Shown here piece by piece: positions 34,918 through 44,165 of a DNA stretch of 60,644 bases. The stretch's first letter is position 1, and every line of letters begins with the position of its first letter. Location of the stretch: the NCBI GenBank assembly GCA_049287525.1, contig JBAQFZ010000142.1, positions 1-60,644 on the forward strand, in the 5' to 3' direction. The position numbers and the translations under genes are program-made. Below the pieces are notes generated by a model. That model made no database searches and was not told the DNA's origin. It saw only the letters and a program-made list of their open reading frames with translations. This DNA is from Halobacteriota archaeon (GTDB taxonomy: Archaea; Halobacteriota; Syntropharchaeia; Alkanophagales; Methanospirareceae).

Positions 34918-35328
34918 ATGAGTACTGCAGGTGCCTTAAAAGGGGTAGATAAAAACCATTGGAAGATGTTTACAGAACAGGATTTTACCCTTGATACTCT
35001 TGTGAAGGGAATGAAAAGACCGGCATTGGGCTGTATTGTCTCGTTCCTCGGTGTCGTGCGGGATGATGGTGCAACAAAAGGAATGGAGATTACAGTGGAC
35101 GAGCAAACGGCAGAGATAGAGCTTATGAAGTTGAAGCGAGAAACACTGGAAAAGTTTGACGTTGAAGATGTGGAAATAGTACACCGAAAAGGCTCGCTGG
35201 ATGTCGGCGATAGCATAGTGGCTATTCTGGTAGGAGCGGCTCACAGAAAAGACGCGTTCCTGGCTTGTGAGTATTTGATAGACGTATTGAGGGTAAGCGG
35301 GGCTATAAGGATGAAAGAATTGAAATGA
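34918..35328 (+). CDS. moaE: MoaE-like molybdopterin synthase catalytic subunit family protein
   Basis: GCIVSFLGVVRDD...VHRKGSLDVGDSIVAILVGAAHRKDAF.ACEYLID. The start is placed at MSTAG, after a TTTTATAAAA TATA box. The upstream part of the ORF overlaps comDE. Confidence 0.7.
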   Translation: MSTAGALKGVDKNHWKMFTEQDFTLDTLVKGMKRPALGCIVSFLGVVRDDGATKGMEITVDEQTAEIELMKLKRETLEKFDVEDVEIVHRKGSLDVGDSIVAILVGAAHRKDAFLACEYLIDVLRVSGAIRMKELK

Positions 35329-35395
35329 CCTGTTGAATTATGTCAATGCGGTGGTTGCCAAAATCCGCACTTTTTTAATGGAAAATAGGACTAAG

Positions 35396-35429
35396 CTTTT
35401 ATGTGAGGAAACTACTTTGGATTTTAGAG
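35396..35429 (+). promoter_or_regulatory. Copy C of the conserved promoter-proximal motif (core at 35404-35420)
   Basis: CTTTTATGTGAGGAAACTACTTTGGATTTTAGAG lies upstream of the fwdE-like/ABC operon. Confidence 0.6.
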
Positions 35430-35479
35430 ATATATAAAAAATAACGTAACGTCTTTGAGCGATAAAATAGAAGAAGGGT

Positions 35480-36217
35480 ATGAACATGAAAGAGCAAGGT
35501 GAAAAGAAACCCTTTAGGGAAGATATAGAAGAATTAATAGAAACCGGGGACTTAAGGGGACTACTTGAAAAGAGTGGCGAATTGCACGGGCATTTATGTA
35601 GCTATTCTGCCTACGGTGTTAAAGCCGGCTATATTGCCATGCGCGAATTAGGGATAAGAAATACAGGCATGGAAGAAATTGTGGCAATTGTCGAGACCAA
35701 TAATTGCTTCAGTGATGGCATTCAACTCGTTACGGGCTGCACGTTCGGAAACAACGGTCTTATATTCAGAGATTTTGGGAAGACTGCGGTAACCGTAGCG
35801 AAACGGGACGGGACTGCGATAAGAATCGTTTTAAACCCTGATGTTGACGCTCGTCGTGCACAAGAGTATCCCGAAGCACATGAACTCTTCGATAAGATCG
35901 TAGCTAAGCGCGAAAAGGCAACACCCGAGGAGCATAAAAGGTTGATGCAGCTATTTGCAGAGATGTCAATCGCGGAATTGGAAACACCCGCGGATGAGAT
36001 ATTTCTCATAAAGCGCCTGAACATTAGAGTGCCTGAGTACGCCCCTATATTTGATTCGGTGACGTGTTCGATTTGTGGCGAGAGCTTGATGAAAACGCGT
36101 GCTGTGAACGAGAATGGGGAATATCTTTGCATCCCGTGCTCCAACCATGAATACTATCAGATGGACGGGTCTGGCATTTCCTTCATGGACACGGGGGTCG
36201 GCAACAATGAAGAATAA
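35480..36217 (+). CDS. FwdE/FmdE-family protein with a C-terminal zinc ribbon
   Basis: The ELHGHLCSYSAYGVKAG and NNCFSDGIQLVTGCTFG motifs match the FmdE domain. The C-terminal zinc ribbon is CSICG...CIPC. Confidence 0.8.
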   Translation: MNMKEQGEKKPFREDIEELIETGDLRGLLEKSGELHGHLCSYSAYGVKAGYIAMRELGIRNTGMEEIVAIVETNNCFSDGIQLVTGCTFGNNGLIFRDFGKTAVTVAKRDGTAIRIVLNPDVDARRAQEYPEAHELFDKIVAKREKATPEEHKRLMQLFAEMSIAELETPADEIFLIKRLNIRVPEYAPIFDSVTCSICGESLMKTRAVNENGEYLCIPCSNHEYYQMDGSGISFMDTGVGNNEE

Positions 36218-37913
36218 AGCCATTACATTTTTATCGTTAGTATCAGTTTCAATTCTACTGAGTTCTTCATTACCGGGCTTGTCCGTCGCCAGCGCAGGTC
36301 CTGAAGATGCAAAGTCTGGTGAAGTGAGCTACACAATTGCGGATCCCACGGGTGATTACGGCTATCCCTCTCCTCATGGACACTATCCACGGGGTCCGGG
36401 GTACGTAAGAATGAGTTTCATCTTTGATACTTTGGTGTGGAAGAATCCGCAAGGTTTTGTGCCTGCGCTTGCCACAGACTGGGAGTACCTCGGAGATGAA
36501 AACGCGTATCTTTTCCACCTGCGCAAAGACGTTACCTGGCACGATGGCGAGAGGTTTACGGCTGAAGATGTCGCTTTTACCTTCAATTATGTTAAAGAAC
36601 ATCCCAGTTGGTGGGTGGACCTTCTATATGTAAAGCAGGTAGAGGTACTTGACGAATATACCGTAAAAATCTACTTGACGGAGCCGTACGCACCCTTCCT
36701 TAACGATGCTGCAGGCACATTAGCCATTCTTCCAAGACATATATGGCTGGACGTCAAGAATCCTGGCGAATTCATGGAACCGGAAGCGCTGATAGGGACA
36801 GGGCCCTTCAAGCTTGTTGATTACAGCAAAACTCATGGCACCTACCTCTATGAAGCCTACGAAGATTACTATCTGGGAAAGCCAGAAATAGAGCGATTGA
36901 TATTTGTCAAAATCAGTGAGGAGATGGCTTCTACTGCATTAATAAGAGGAGAAGTCAACGCTACTGCAATACCACCGGAAACCGTGGAAGAGGTTAAAGG
37001 TAAGGGCTTCACGTTAATAAGCCAATCCGGGGATTGGAATGCCAAGCTCATGATAAACCACGAAAAGGAGCCAATGTCTTCTAAAGAGTTCAGACACGCC
37101 CTCGCCTATGCAATAAACAGGAGTGAACTGGTGGAAATCGCACAACGAGGTCAAGCGATTCGAGGAAGCCCCGGATTACTCTCTCCTACCAGTCCGTACT
37201 ACAACCCTGACATCGTAACGTATGACTACAATCCAGAGCGTGCAAAAGACCTTTTGGAAAGCATGGGGTACCAATTGAAAGACGACGGCTACTACTGGAA
37301 AGATAAAGAACTGCTTGAACTCGAACTCATAACGTCCCCGCAAATGGGTTTTGAACGTGTTGCCGAGATAATGGCGCAGCAGTTGGAGGAAGTAGGCATA
37401 AAAGTCAATGTCAGAAGCCTTGAATCGAAAACACTTGATAGCAGGGTCATAACCCGGCAATTCGATCTGGCTATAAACGGGCATGGCGGGATCGGCGGCG
37501 ATCCGTCAATCCTGAACAAAGTCATTCCTGGCACGTTTGGCTACAGTGCGAATTACACGAAAAACGAGACCTTGAACCAGTTGCTCGAAGCACATTTGCA
37601 TGAAATGGACGAGGAAAAGAGGAAGGGGATGGTGCGTGAAATTCAGGAGATATACGCAGAGGAGCTTCCTGCTTTGACGCTTTACTATCCGACGTGGTAC
37701 TGGGGACATGACGGCCGCGTTGACATTTATTACACCAGTGGCGGTATTGCAAGGGGAATACCCATCCCTCTGAACAAGCTGGCTCTTATGGACTACAAAG
37801 CAACGGCGAATACTCCGGCATCCACAGCCACGACAGCACCAGTACCGGGATTTGAACTCGCGCTTTCGCTACTTCTACTCATTACAGCGGCGGTTCTGAA
37901 AAGAAGACGGTGA
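36207..37913 (+). CDS. ABC transporter substrate-binding protein, family 5 (Opp/Dpp/Nik type), with a PGF-CTERM anchor signal
   Basis: Signal peptide MKNKAITFLSLVSVSILLSS and an SBP_bac_5-like body (VTWHDGERFTAEDV). The C-terminus reads TATTAPVPGFELALSLLLLITAAVLKRRR. Confidence 0.85.
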   Translation: MKNKAITFLSLVSVSILLSSSLPGLSVASAGPEDAKSGEVSYTIADPTGDYGYPSPHGHYPRGPGYVRMSFIFDTLVWKNPQGFVPALATDWEYLGDENAYLFHLRKDVTWHDGERFTAEDVAFTFNYVKEHPSWWVDLLYVKQVEVLDEYTVKIYLTEPYAPFLNDAAGTLAILPRHIWLDVKNPGEFMEPEALIGTGPFKLVDYSKTHGTYLYEAYEDYYLGKPEIERLIFVKISEEMASTALIRGEVNATAIPPETVEEVKGKGFTLISQSGDWNAKLMINHEKEPMSSKEFRHALAYAINRSELVEIAQRGQAIRGSPGLLSPTSPYYNPDIVTYDYNPERAKDLLESMGYQLKDDGYYWKDKELLELELITSPQMGFERVAEIMAQQLEEVGIKVNVRSLESKTLDSRVITRQFDLAINGHGGIGGDPSILNKVIPGTFGYSANYTKNETLNQLLEAHLHEMDEEKRKGMVREIQEIYAEELPALTLYYPTWYWGHDGRVDIYYTSGGIARGIPIPLNKLALMDYKATANTPASTATTAPVPGFELALSLLLLITAAVLKRRR

Positions 37914-38917
37914 TAGCGTTGCCCGTAAAAATGAGAGCACCAAAAATTGGTAACTATGTTATAGCCTTCCTCATAATACTGGCTCTCAATTTTTTACTCC
38001 CGAGGATGATGCCAGGTGACCCGCTTACCGCTATCTGCGGCGAAGAAGTTTTTGTGGAGATGACGCCGGAACTGAGAACTGAACTCATGCACCGTTTTGC
38101 TTTGGATGAACCTCTCTGGAGACAGTTCTTCGTTTATCTCACAAGCATTCTACGTGGCGATTTTGGATATTCCTACTACTATAACGCACCGGTATTGGAA
38201 GTGATCCTTGAAGCTCTCCCCTGGACCTTACTGCTTCTTGGCTCATCGCTCGTTCTTTCCACGTTACTGAGCATAATTATGGGGATAGAATCCGGCTGGC
38301 GGCGAGGCAAAAGCAGTGATAAATCCTTGCTCACCGCAATCATGATTATGAATGGTTTTCCGAATTTCTTCATTGGCATTATTCTGCTGCTCTTGTTTGG
38401 CGTTTATCTTGGCATTCTACCGCTTCAGGGCGCCCAAACCCCTTATTCCAATCTATCAGGTCTCGCGCTCCTGCTTAATAGAGCCACGCACCTTGTCTTA
38501 CCTCTTACGGCATTGACCTTAGCACAGATCCCTAGCTCTTATCTCCTCATGCGGAATACGATGATCACAACGCTAAAAGAGCCTTTTATCCTGACAGCAA
38601 AAGCAAAAGGTCTATCAGAGGCGTCAGTACGGTATAGACACGCGGGTAGAAATGCAATGCTTCCGATTGTCACCACGACGGGCGTAAGAGTGGGGATGAT
38701 CGTTACGGGTGCGCTCTTCATCGAAACAATCTTCTCTTATCCTGGTGTGGGACTGTTGATATACAACTCGCTGCTTATGCGAGATTATCCGATTCTGCAA
38801 GGCGCGTTCTTCATTGTAACGGTTTTTGTTATAGCTGCCAACTTCTTCGTTGATTCGCTCTATACAAAGATTGATCCGCGAATAGGGATAGGAGATAGCG
38901 TAGAACATGCACATTAA
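37910..38917 (+). CDS. ABC transporter permease (DppB/OppB/NikB type)
   Basis: Six TM helices and the EAA-like loop TAKAKGLSEASVRYRHAGRNA. 4-nt overlap with the SBP gene. Confidence 0.9.
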   Translation: MIALPVKMRAPKIGNYVIAFLIILALNFLLPRMMPGDPLTAICGEEVFVEMTPELRTELMHRFALDEPLWRQFFVYLTSILRGDFGYSYYYNAPVLEVILEALPWTLLLLGSSLVLSTLLSIIMGIESGWRRGKSSDKSLLTAIMIMNGFPNFFIGIILLLLFGVYLGILPLQGAQTPYSNLSGLALLLNRATHLVLPLTALTLAQIPSSYLLMRNTMITTLKEPFILTAKAKGLSEASVRYRHAGRNAMLPIVTTTGVRVGMIVTGALFIETIFSYPGVGLLIYNSLLMRDYPILQGAFFIVTVFVIAANFFVDSLYTKIDPRIGIGDSVEHAH

Positions 38918-39752
38918 CTACTGGAAAGAGCTGAAAAAGAGCACCTTTGGAATGACCGGGTTAGCTATGCTCATCTTAGTCGTCATTATTGCGGTATCGT
39001 CGCCTCTTCTTGCTCGATATGACCCGGGTGAGCCAAGCCACGCAGCCCTTAAACCTCCGTCCAACGAGCATTGGTTGGGAACAAACGATGTGGGACAGGA
39101 TATTTGGAGTCGTCTACTTTACGGGGCGAAAAACACGCTCTTAGTGGCTTTAGGTGTGGGCGTGCTAACAACCCTTATCGGTACCGTCATCGGAGCATCG
39201 GCTGCGCTAGCCGGTGGCTTATACGAAAGAATAATGATGAGAGCGGTAGATGCCCTCATTGCGATTCCCACGTTTATTGTTATCATTTTAGTCGCAGCCT
39301 ATGTCCTGCCGAATGTCTGGACACTTATTCTTCTCATTTCTGTCCTAACGTGGCAGGGCGAGGCGAGACTGGTAAGAGCTCAAACACTGTCAGTTAAGGA
39401 ACGAATGCATGTTTACGCAGCAAGAACGTTTGGCGCAAATATGTGGTACATCTCAACACGCCATATAATACCTGACCTCAGTCCAATTCTGTTCGCCGTA
39501 TTTATCCACAACGCAACGAGGGGGATATTCATGGAAGCGGGTTTGGCGTTCCTCGGCATAGCAGACATCTCAACGGTGAGTTGGGGGCTCATGATGCATC
39601 ACGCACTCAGATTCTACTACCTTGACGTTTGGATGTGGTGGCTCCTTCCGACTGGACTTGCCCTTTCGGTTACGATAATGGCTTTCGTTTTCATTGGATA
39701 CGCCCTTGAAACAGCCATGGACCCCCGCCTAAAGGAGGGAAGTAATGCTTGA
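38907..39752 (+). CDS. ABC transporter permease (DppC/OppC/NikC type)
   Basis: The HWLGTNDVGQDIWSRLLYG N-terminal motif is typical of OppC/DppC. Confidence 0.9.
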   Translation: MHINYWKELKKSTFGMTGLAMLILVVIIAVSSPLLARYDPGEPSHAALKPPSNEHWLGTNDVGQDIWSRLLYGAKNTLLVALGVGVLTTLIGTVIGASAALAGGLYERIMMRAVDALIAIPTFIVIILVAAYVLPNVWTLILLISVLTWQGEARLVRAQTLSVKERMHVYAARTFGANMWYISTRHIIPDLSPILFAVFIHNATRGIFMEAGLAFLGIADISTVSWGLMMHHALRFYYLDVWMWWLLPTGLALSVTIMAFVFIGYALETAMDPRLKEGSNA

Positions 39753-41547
39753 ACTAGAAAATCTGGAAGTCAGCTATGATCAAAAAAAGGTTCTCTGTGG
39801 GATAAATCTCACGGTGAGACGAGGCGAATCTCTATCAATTGTAGGCGAATCGGGCGGTGGTAAAACCACTCTTGGGCTTAGCATCATGGGACTCGTTAAA
39901 GGCGCTGTTACTGGTAAGATTCTATTGGATGGTAAGAATTTGACTTCACTTCCAGAACCTGAGCTGAGAAAGATAAGATGGAACAAGGTCTCTCTGGTCT
40001 TTCAGGATGTAGAAGGCGCGTTAAACCCGCTATACACGGCATTGGACCAGGTTTCAGAGCCAATAATAGAGCATAAACTGAAGAAGAAGGAAGAGGCTAG
40101 GAGGCATGCTCAACAGCTCTTAAAGGCAGTCGGTCTTCCACAGGAGCGTTCTTCCGCCTATCCACACCAGCTGAGTGGCGGGGAGAAGCAACGCGTCTTG
40201 ATAGCAATGGCAATAGCAAACAACCCCGATCTGATTATTCTGGACGAACCCACCGCAGCATTGGACGTCATCACCAAAGCAGAGATAATCAACTTGATTC
40301 GCGATGCCTGTAAGGGGCGGACAATACTTCTATTAACTCATGACCTCTCCACACCCCCAAAGCTCACAGATAGAATCGCGGTACTCTATGCCGGTAGAAT
40401 TTTGGAATTAGGTTCGACAACCAATATCCTCTCCAATCCGAGACACCCTTATACACGAGGGCTTCTTCGTTGCTATCCTAGCATGACCAGAACGAAGGAT
40501 TTGCAGGGGATAAAGGGCAGAATGAGCTTCTCTGAGCGGGGATGCCCTTTTTATCCTCGCTGCACTCAATCAATTGAAATCTGTCGAGACGAGGTGCCTC
40601 GGTTGGAAGAGAAGGGTGATCGCCTCATAGCCTGCCATAGAGGTGGGGTCATACCGCTCTTGGAGGTGCAAAAGCTAAGCAAGTTTTTTAGCTCATTGAA
40701 GGCGGTTGATTCTGTTGATCTAACCCTCTATGAAGGGGAGACCTTAGGACTGGTAGGAGAAACGGGCTCTGGAAAGACAACGCTGGCCAAGACGATCATG
40801 GGGATTTTTGAAGCAACGGAAGGAGAGATTTTTCTTGAGGGTTCAAGAATTCGCAATAGAGACCTGTCCTTCTATACGCGAGTTCAAATGGTCTTTCAAA
40901 ACCCAAGGGAGTCTTTAAGCCACCGCCTCTCAGTTCTTGAAGCTGTAAAAGAGCCTTTGGAAATACAGAAGCTGGAGGATAAGGATCACAGAGAAAGCAG
41001 AGTGCGCGACATTTTGGAGGAGGTTGAATTGCCTTGCGCAGAGTACTTGAACAAATATCCACATCAACTGAGCGGTGGAGAAGCGCAAAGAGTTGCAATA
41101 GCAAGAGCGCTTATATTAAATCCGAAGCTCCTCATTGCTGATGAACCAACTTCAGCCCTGGATGCCAGTATCCAGGCAAAGATTGTAAAGCTCCTGCTCA
41201 ATCTTCAGGAGAAGAGGGGCATAAGCATACTCTTCATCACCCATAACTTGCCCCTGGCAAGGAAGATAAGTGATCGGATTGCGGTGATGTTAGCGGGTAA
41301 AATCGTGGAAATGGGCAATACAAACGAGATACTTGGTTATGAAAGCCATCCATATACAAATGAACTGATTTCTCTATTATCCGAAGACCAGGTAATCTTA
41401 GAGGGTAATATAAAACGCAGGAGCAATTATCCGTCAGGGTGCGTGTTTTATCCGAGATGCCCTTTTGCGGCAGAAATTTGTAAGGAAAAAGAGCCGGAGA
41501 TGGTTGAACTTGGAAAGGGGCATTTGGTAGCCTGTCATTTTGTTTAA
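39745..41547 (+). CDS. Fused double ATP-binding protein (DppD-DppF type) of the ABC transporter
   Basis: Two complete cassettes. Walker A is GESGGGKTT and GETGSGKTT, the signature LSGGEKQR and LSGGEAQR, and Walker B ILDEPT and IADEPT. Confidence 0.9.
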   Translation: MLELENLEVSYDQKKVLCGINLTVRRGESLSIVGESGGGKTTLGLSIMGLVKGAVTGKILLDGKNLTSLPEPELRKIRWNKVSLVFQDVEGALNPLYTALDQVSEPIIEHKLKKKEEARRHAQQLLKAVGLPQERSSAYPHQLSGGEKQRVLIAMAIANNPDLIILDEPTAALDVITKAEIINLIRDACKGRTILLLTHDLSTPPKLTDRIAVLYAGRILELGSTTNILSNPRHPYTRGLLRCYPSMTRTKDLQGIKGRMSFSERGCPFYPRCTQSIEICRDEVPRLEEKGDRLIACHRGGVIPLLEVQKLSKFFSSLKAVDSVDLTLYEGETLGLVGETGSGKTTLAKTIMGIFEATEGEIFLEGSRIRNRDLSFYTRVQMVFQNPRESLSHRLSVLEAVKEPLEIQKLEDKDHRESRVRDILEEVELPCAEYLNKYPHQLSGGEAQRVAIARALILNPKLLIADEPTSALDASIQAKIVKLLLNLQEKRGISILFITHNLPLARKISDRIAVMLAGKIVEMGNTNEILGYESHPYTNELISLLSEDQVILEGNIKRRSNYPSGCVFYPRCPFAAEICKEKEPEMVELGKGHLVACHFV

Positions 41548-41708
41548 ACGGCTAAAAATTTCCCCTCTCTTCTTACACGATACGGGTATCTCTTTAATTT
41601 CCATGTTCTCCTTTTATAACTTTCTCTATGGTTTGAGCATATTACCCGTCAGGATGATTAGAATTATATAATCGAGTCCTGAAGCAGAAAGTATCGGTTT
41701 TCCCGTTT

Positions 41709-41733
41709 AAACCTAACTTTCTTAGGTTTTTTT
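41709..41733 (+). promoter_or_regulatory. 8-bp-stem palindrome AAACCTAA-ctttc-TTAGGTTT followed by a T-run; terminator of the ABC operon and/or operator upstream of feo
   Basis: Read directly from the sequence. The half-site CCTAACTTT recurs at 41772-41780, right after the TATA-like GTTTTTATAT. Confidence 0.45.
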
Positions 41734-41812
41734 GACAAGACCGAATCTTTTTAGGGCGTGGTTTTTATATTCCTAACTTTTAAATAGGGATGAGGAATAA
41801 AAAGAGAATAAA

Positions 41813-42103
41813 ATGGGCGATGAGTGCGTGAGCAACCATATAGCAGAGGAGAAACGGGCTTTTCTAAATGATAACTACGGTGACACGATGCCGTTAAACC
41901 AGTTGAAACCTGGTGAACTGGGAAGAGTCATGGCAGTGGAAGGCGGTCGTGGTATTCGCCAGAAGTTGTTCTTAAGGGGTTTATTTGAAGGCAGTGTCGT
42001 TCGCATGATCTCCTGTTACGGACCTGTTACCATTGAGTTAGATAGAAACATGATGTCCATAGGTCGCGGAATGGCGCAAAAAGTTATCGTGAGGAGGATT
42101 TGA
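41813..42103 (+). CDS. feoA: FeoA-family protein
   Basis: LNQLKPGELGRVMAVEGG...RQKL..LG...G..V is the FeoA/SH3-like signature. The true start may be at MPLNQL (41888). Confidence 0.75.
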   Translation: MGDECVSNHIAEEKRAFLNDNYGDTMPLNQLKPGELGRVMAVEGGRGIRQKLFLRGLFEGSVVRMISCYGPVTIELDRNMMSIGRGMAQKVIVRRI

Positions 42104-42333
42104 ACGGAATGGAGAAGAAGTTGAGTGAAATGGATTTTGATGAAGAGGGAACGGTGAAAGAGATAAAGGAGAATTTAAGGAAGCTAGTAGCAGGTATGGG
42201 CATCAGAGAAGGTAAGAATATAAGAATGGCGACAAAGCAGCCCATAAAAGGACCTGTGGTGGTAGAAGTGGACACGTCATTCACTTCTTTGGGGTTAGGT
42301 GTAGCGGAGAAAATAGTCGTAGAGGTGGAATAG
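42100..42333 (+). CDS. feoA: Second FeoA-like protein
   Basis: LSEMDFDEEGTVKEI...LVAGMGIREGKNI and LGLGVAEKIVVE. 4-nt overlap with the previous gene. Confidence 0.6.
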   Translation: MNGMEKKLSEMDFDEEGTVKEIKENLRKLVAGMGIREGKNIRMATKQPIKGPVVVEVDTSFTSLGLGVAEKIVVEVE

Positions 42334-42360
42334 CAATTAATAAGAGATAGGAACAGAGAA

Positions 42361-42921
42361 ATGAAAATCTTATTGATGGGGCATCCGAATGTGGGGAAAA
42401 GCGTCTTCTTCAACCGGCTGACGGGCGCAAAAGTGTTCGAGTCAAATTATCCGGGAACGACAGTAGATTTCATGCGAGGCTGGATGCGTTTGGAAGGAGA
42501 AGATGTCGAGCTAATAGACGTGCCCGGGGCATTTTCCTTAGTGCCTAAGGACCGGGCTGAAGAAGTAGCGGTGAAAATGCTTACGGAGAACCCTGATTCT
42601 GTGGTTGTATGCGTGCTTGACGCATCGAAAGTAGAGCGGGGCCTTTACCTGGCTTTGGAAATCATTGAAAGAGGCTATCCGGTTGTAGTAGCATTGAATA
42701 TGTGGGACGTTGCCGGGGAGAAGAATATAAAGATAGATGTGGAGAACCTGGAGCGGATTCTTGGTGTGCCAGTAGTGCCAACGACAGCGATAAGCGGAGA
42801 GGGCTTCAAAGAGCTCGTTTCAAGAATAAAGGAAGCAGCACCTGTGAAAATAGAAAAAATTATCGAGAGCGCAGGTGATGTAAGAAGAGTAAGAGGTGGT
42901 GAAAGTGCCGCTGTCTGTTGA
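42361..42921 (+). CDS. feoB: FeoB N-terminal GTPase domain, encoded as a separate ORF
   Basis: G1 GHPNVGKS, G2 region PGTTV, G3 DVPG and the NMWD (G4-like) motif. Confidence 0.85.
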   Translation: MKILLMGHPNVGKSVFFNRLTGAKVFESNYPGTTVDFMRGWMRLEGEDVELIDVPGAFSLVPKDRAEEVAVKMLTENPDSVVVCVLDASKVERGLYLALEIIERGYPVVVALNMWDVAGEKNIKIDVENLERILGVPVVPTTAISGEGFKELVSRIKEAAPVKIEKIIESAGDVRRVRGGESAAVC

Positions 42922-44161
42922 TGAGCGATGGGATTTAATAGATAAAATATCGAAAGAGACGGTGGAGTTTGGTGCGTATAAACATACATTGAAAGACGCA
43001 ATTGCGGAACTCACCGTTAAGCCACTGACCGGAATACCGGTTGCAATTGCAGTTATATACGGTTTTTGGTCTTTTTTCTGCGATTTCGCAGGTACTCTGT
43101 TTACAGACGGCTTCATGGTCCGGCTTTTCGATGAGCACTGGCTGCCGTGGCTGCAGTCAGTTTTTCCCGGTGGATTAGGAAACCCGTTCTATGCACTCAT
43201 GGTAGATGCGGGGCATCTAGAAAATGGAGTGCTTGTAGCCTCAGACAATTGCTTTGAGGCTTTTGGCGTGCTTACCAGCGGGCTGTTCGTTCCTTTTGGC
43301 GTGGTCCTATGGGCAGTGCTGGCGTTTTATCTGATGTTTGCAATATTAGAAGACGTAGGCTATTTGCCAAGACTGGCTGTTCTCGTTGATACGGTATTGC
43401 ACAAAATAGGTTTGCACGGCTATGCGATTGTGCCCACTTTCCTTTCCTTAGGCTGCAATGTCCCGGGCGTAACGGCTACGAGACCACTGGAAACAAGGAA
43501 ACAAAGGTTCATGATGATAACGCTGTTAGCGATATTCGTTCCATGTGGTGCGCAAATAGGAATTATGCAGGATTTAGTTCCAGAGCTGATGGGCTGGATT
43601 TTCTTGACTTTAGCCATAGGTTATCTGGGCTTTGGGTTCATCCTTAACAAGATTGTGCCCGGGAAGTCGCCAGAACTCATAATGGACGTGCCGCCGTATC
43701 AACTGCCAACGTTGAGAAATATCGTAAGGAAGCTGTGGATAAGGACTTCGCGTTTTCTACTCGTTGCGGTTCCTTTCGTTCTATTAGGGTGTCTAATTGT
43801 TGGTCTTATGTACCTGACTGGAGCGATGGATTGGCTGGCGGCTGCACTGGGTCCGTTGCTAATGGGCTGGTTTGGAGTGCCATCAGAAACAGTAGCACCG
43901 TTGATAGCAGGCTTTCTGAGGAAGGACCTGGCAGTGGGAATGCTCGGCGGTCTTATGGAGCAAGGGATAATGACTACTTTTCAGATGTTCACATCCGTGA
44001 TTTTGCTTTCTATCTACTTCCCATGCCTGGCGACATTCGCACTGATGTTGAAGGAAGAGAACTGGAAAGAATTTATTGGCAGCATCGCTTCGCTTATAGC
44101 AATGATCTTTGTCTATGGCGGCTTGATACATTTAGTAGGAATCATGCTGGGGGTGGCGTAA
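42896..44161 (+). CDS. feoB: FeoB membrane (permease) portion, encoded as a separate ORF
   Basis: Polytopic protein with FeoB gate motifs (GYLPRLA, LGCNVPG, FVPCGAQ). The GTG start overlaps the G-domain ORF by 26 nt in another frame. Confidence 0.85.
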   Translation: MVKVPLSVDERWDLIDKISKETVEFGAYKHTLKDAIAELTVKPLTGIPVAIAVIYGFWSFFCDFAGTLFTDGFMVRLFDEHWLPWLQSVFPGGLGNPFYALMVDAGHLENGVLVASDNCFEAFGVLTSGLFVPFGVVLWAVLAFYLMFAILEDVGYLPRLAVLVDTVLHKIGLHGYAIVPTFLSLGCNVPGVTATRPLETRKQRFMMITLLAIFVPCGAQIGIMQDLVPELMGWIFLTLAIGYLGFGFILNKIVPGKSPELIMDVPPYQLPTLRNIVRKLWIRTSRFLLVAVPFVLLGCLIVGLMYLTGAMDWLAAALGPLLMGWFGVPSETVAPLIAGFLRKDLAVGMLGGLMEQGIMTTFQMFTSVILLSIYFPCLATFALMLKEENWKEFIGSIASLIAMIFVYGGLIHLVGIMLGVA

Positions 44162-44165
44162 ACAA

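Noticed and set aside
36114-36206. Upstream extension of 31 codons on the ABC binding-protein ORF.
   Set aside because: It overlaps the end of the FwdE-like gene. The signal peptide begins at the internal Met (36207).
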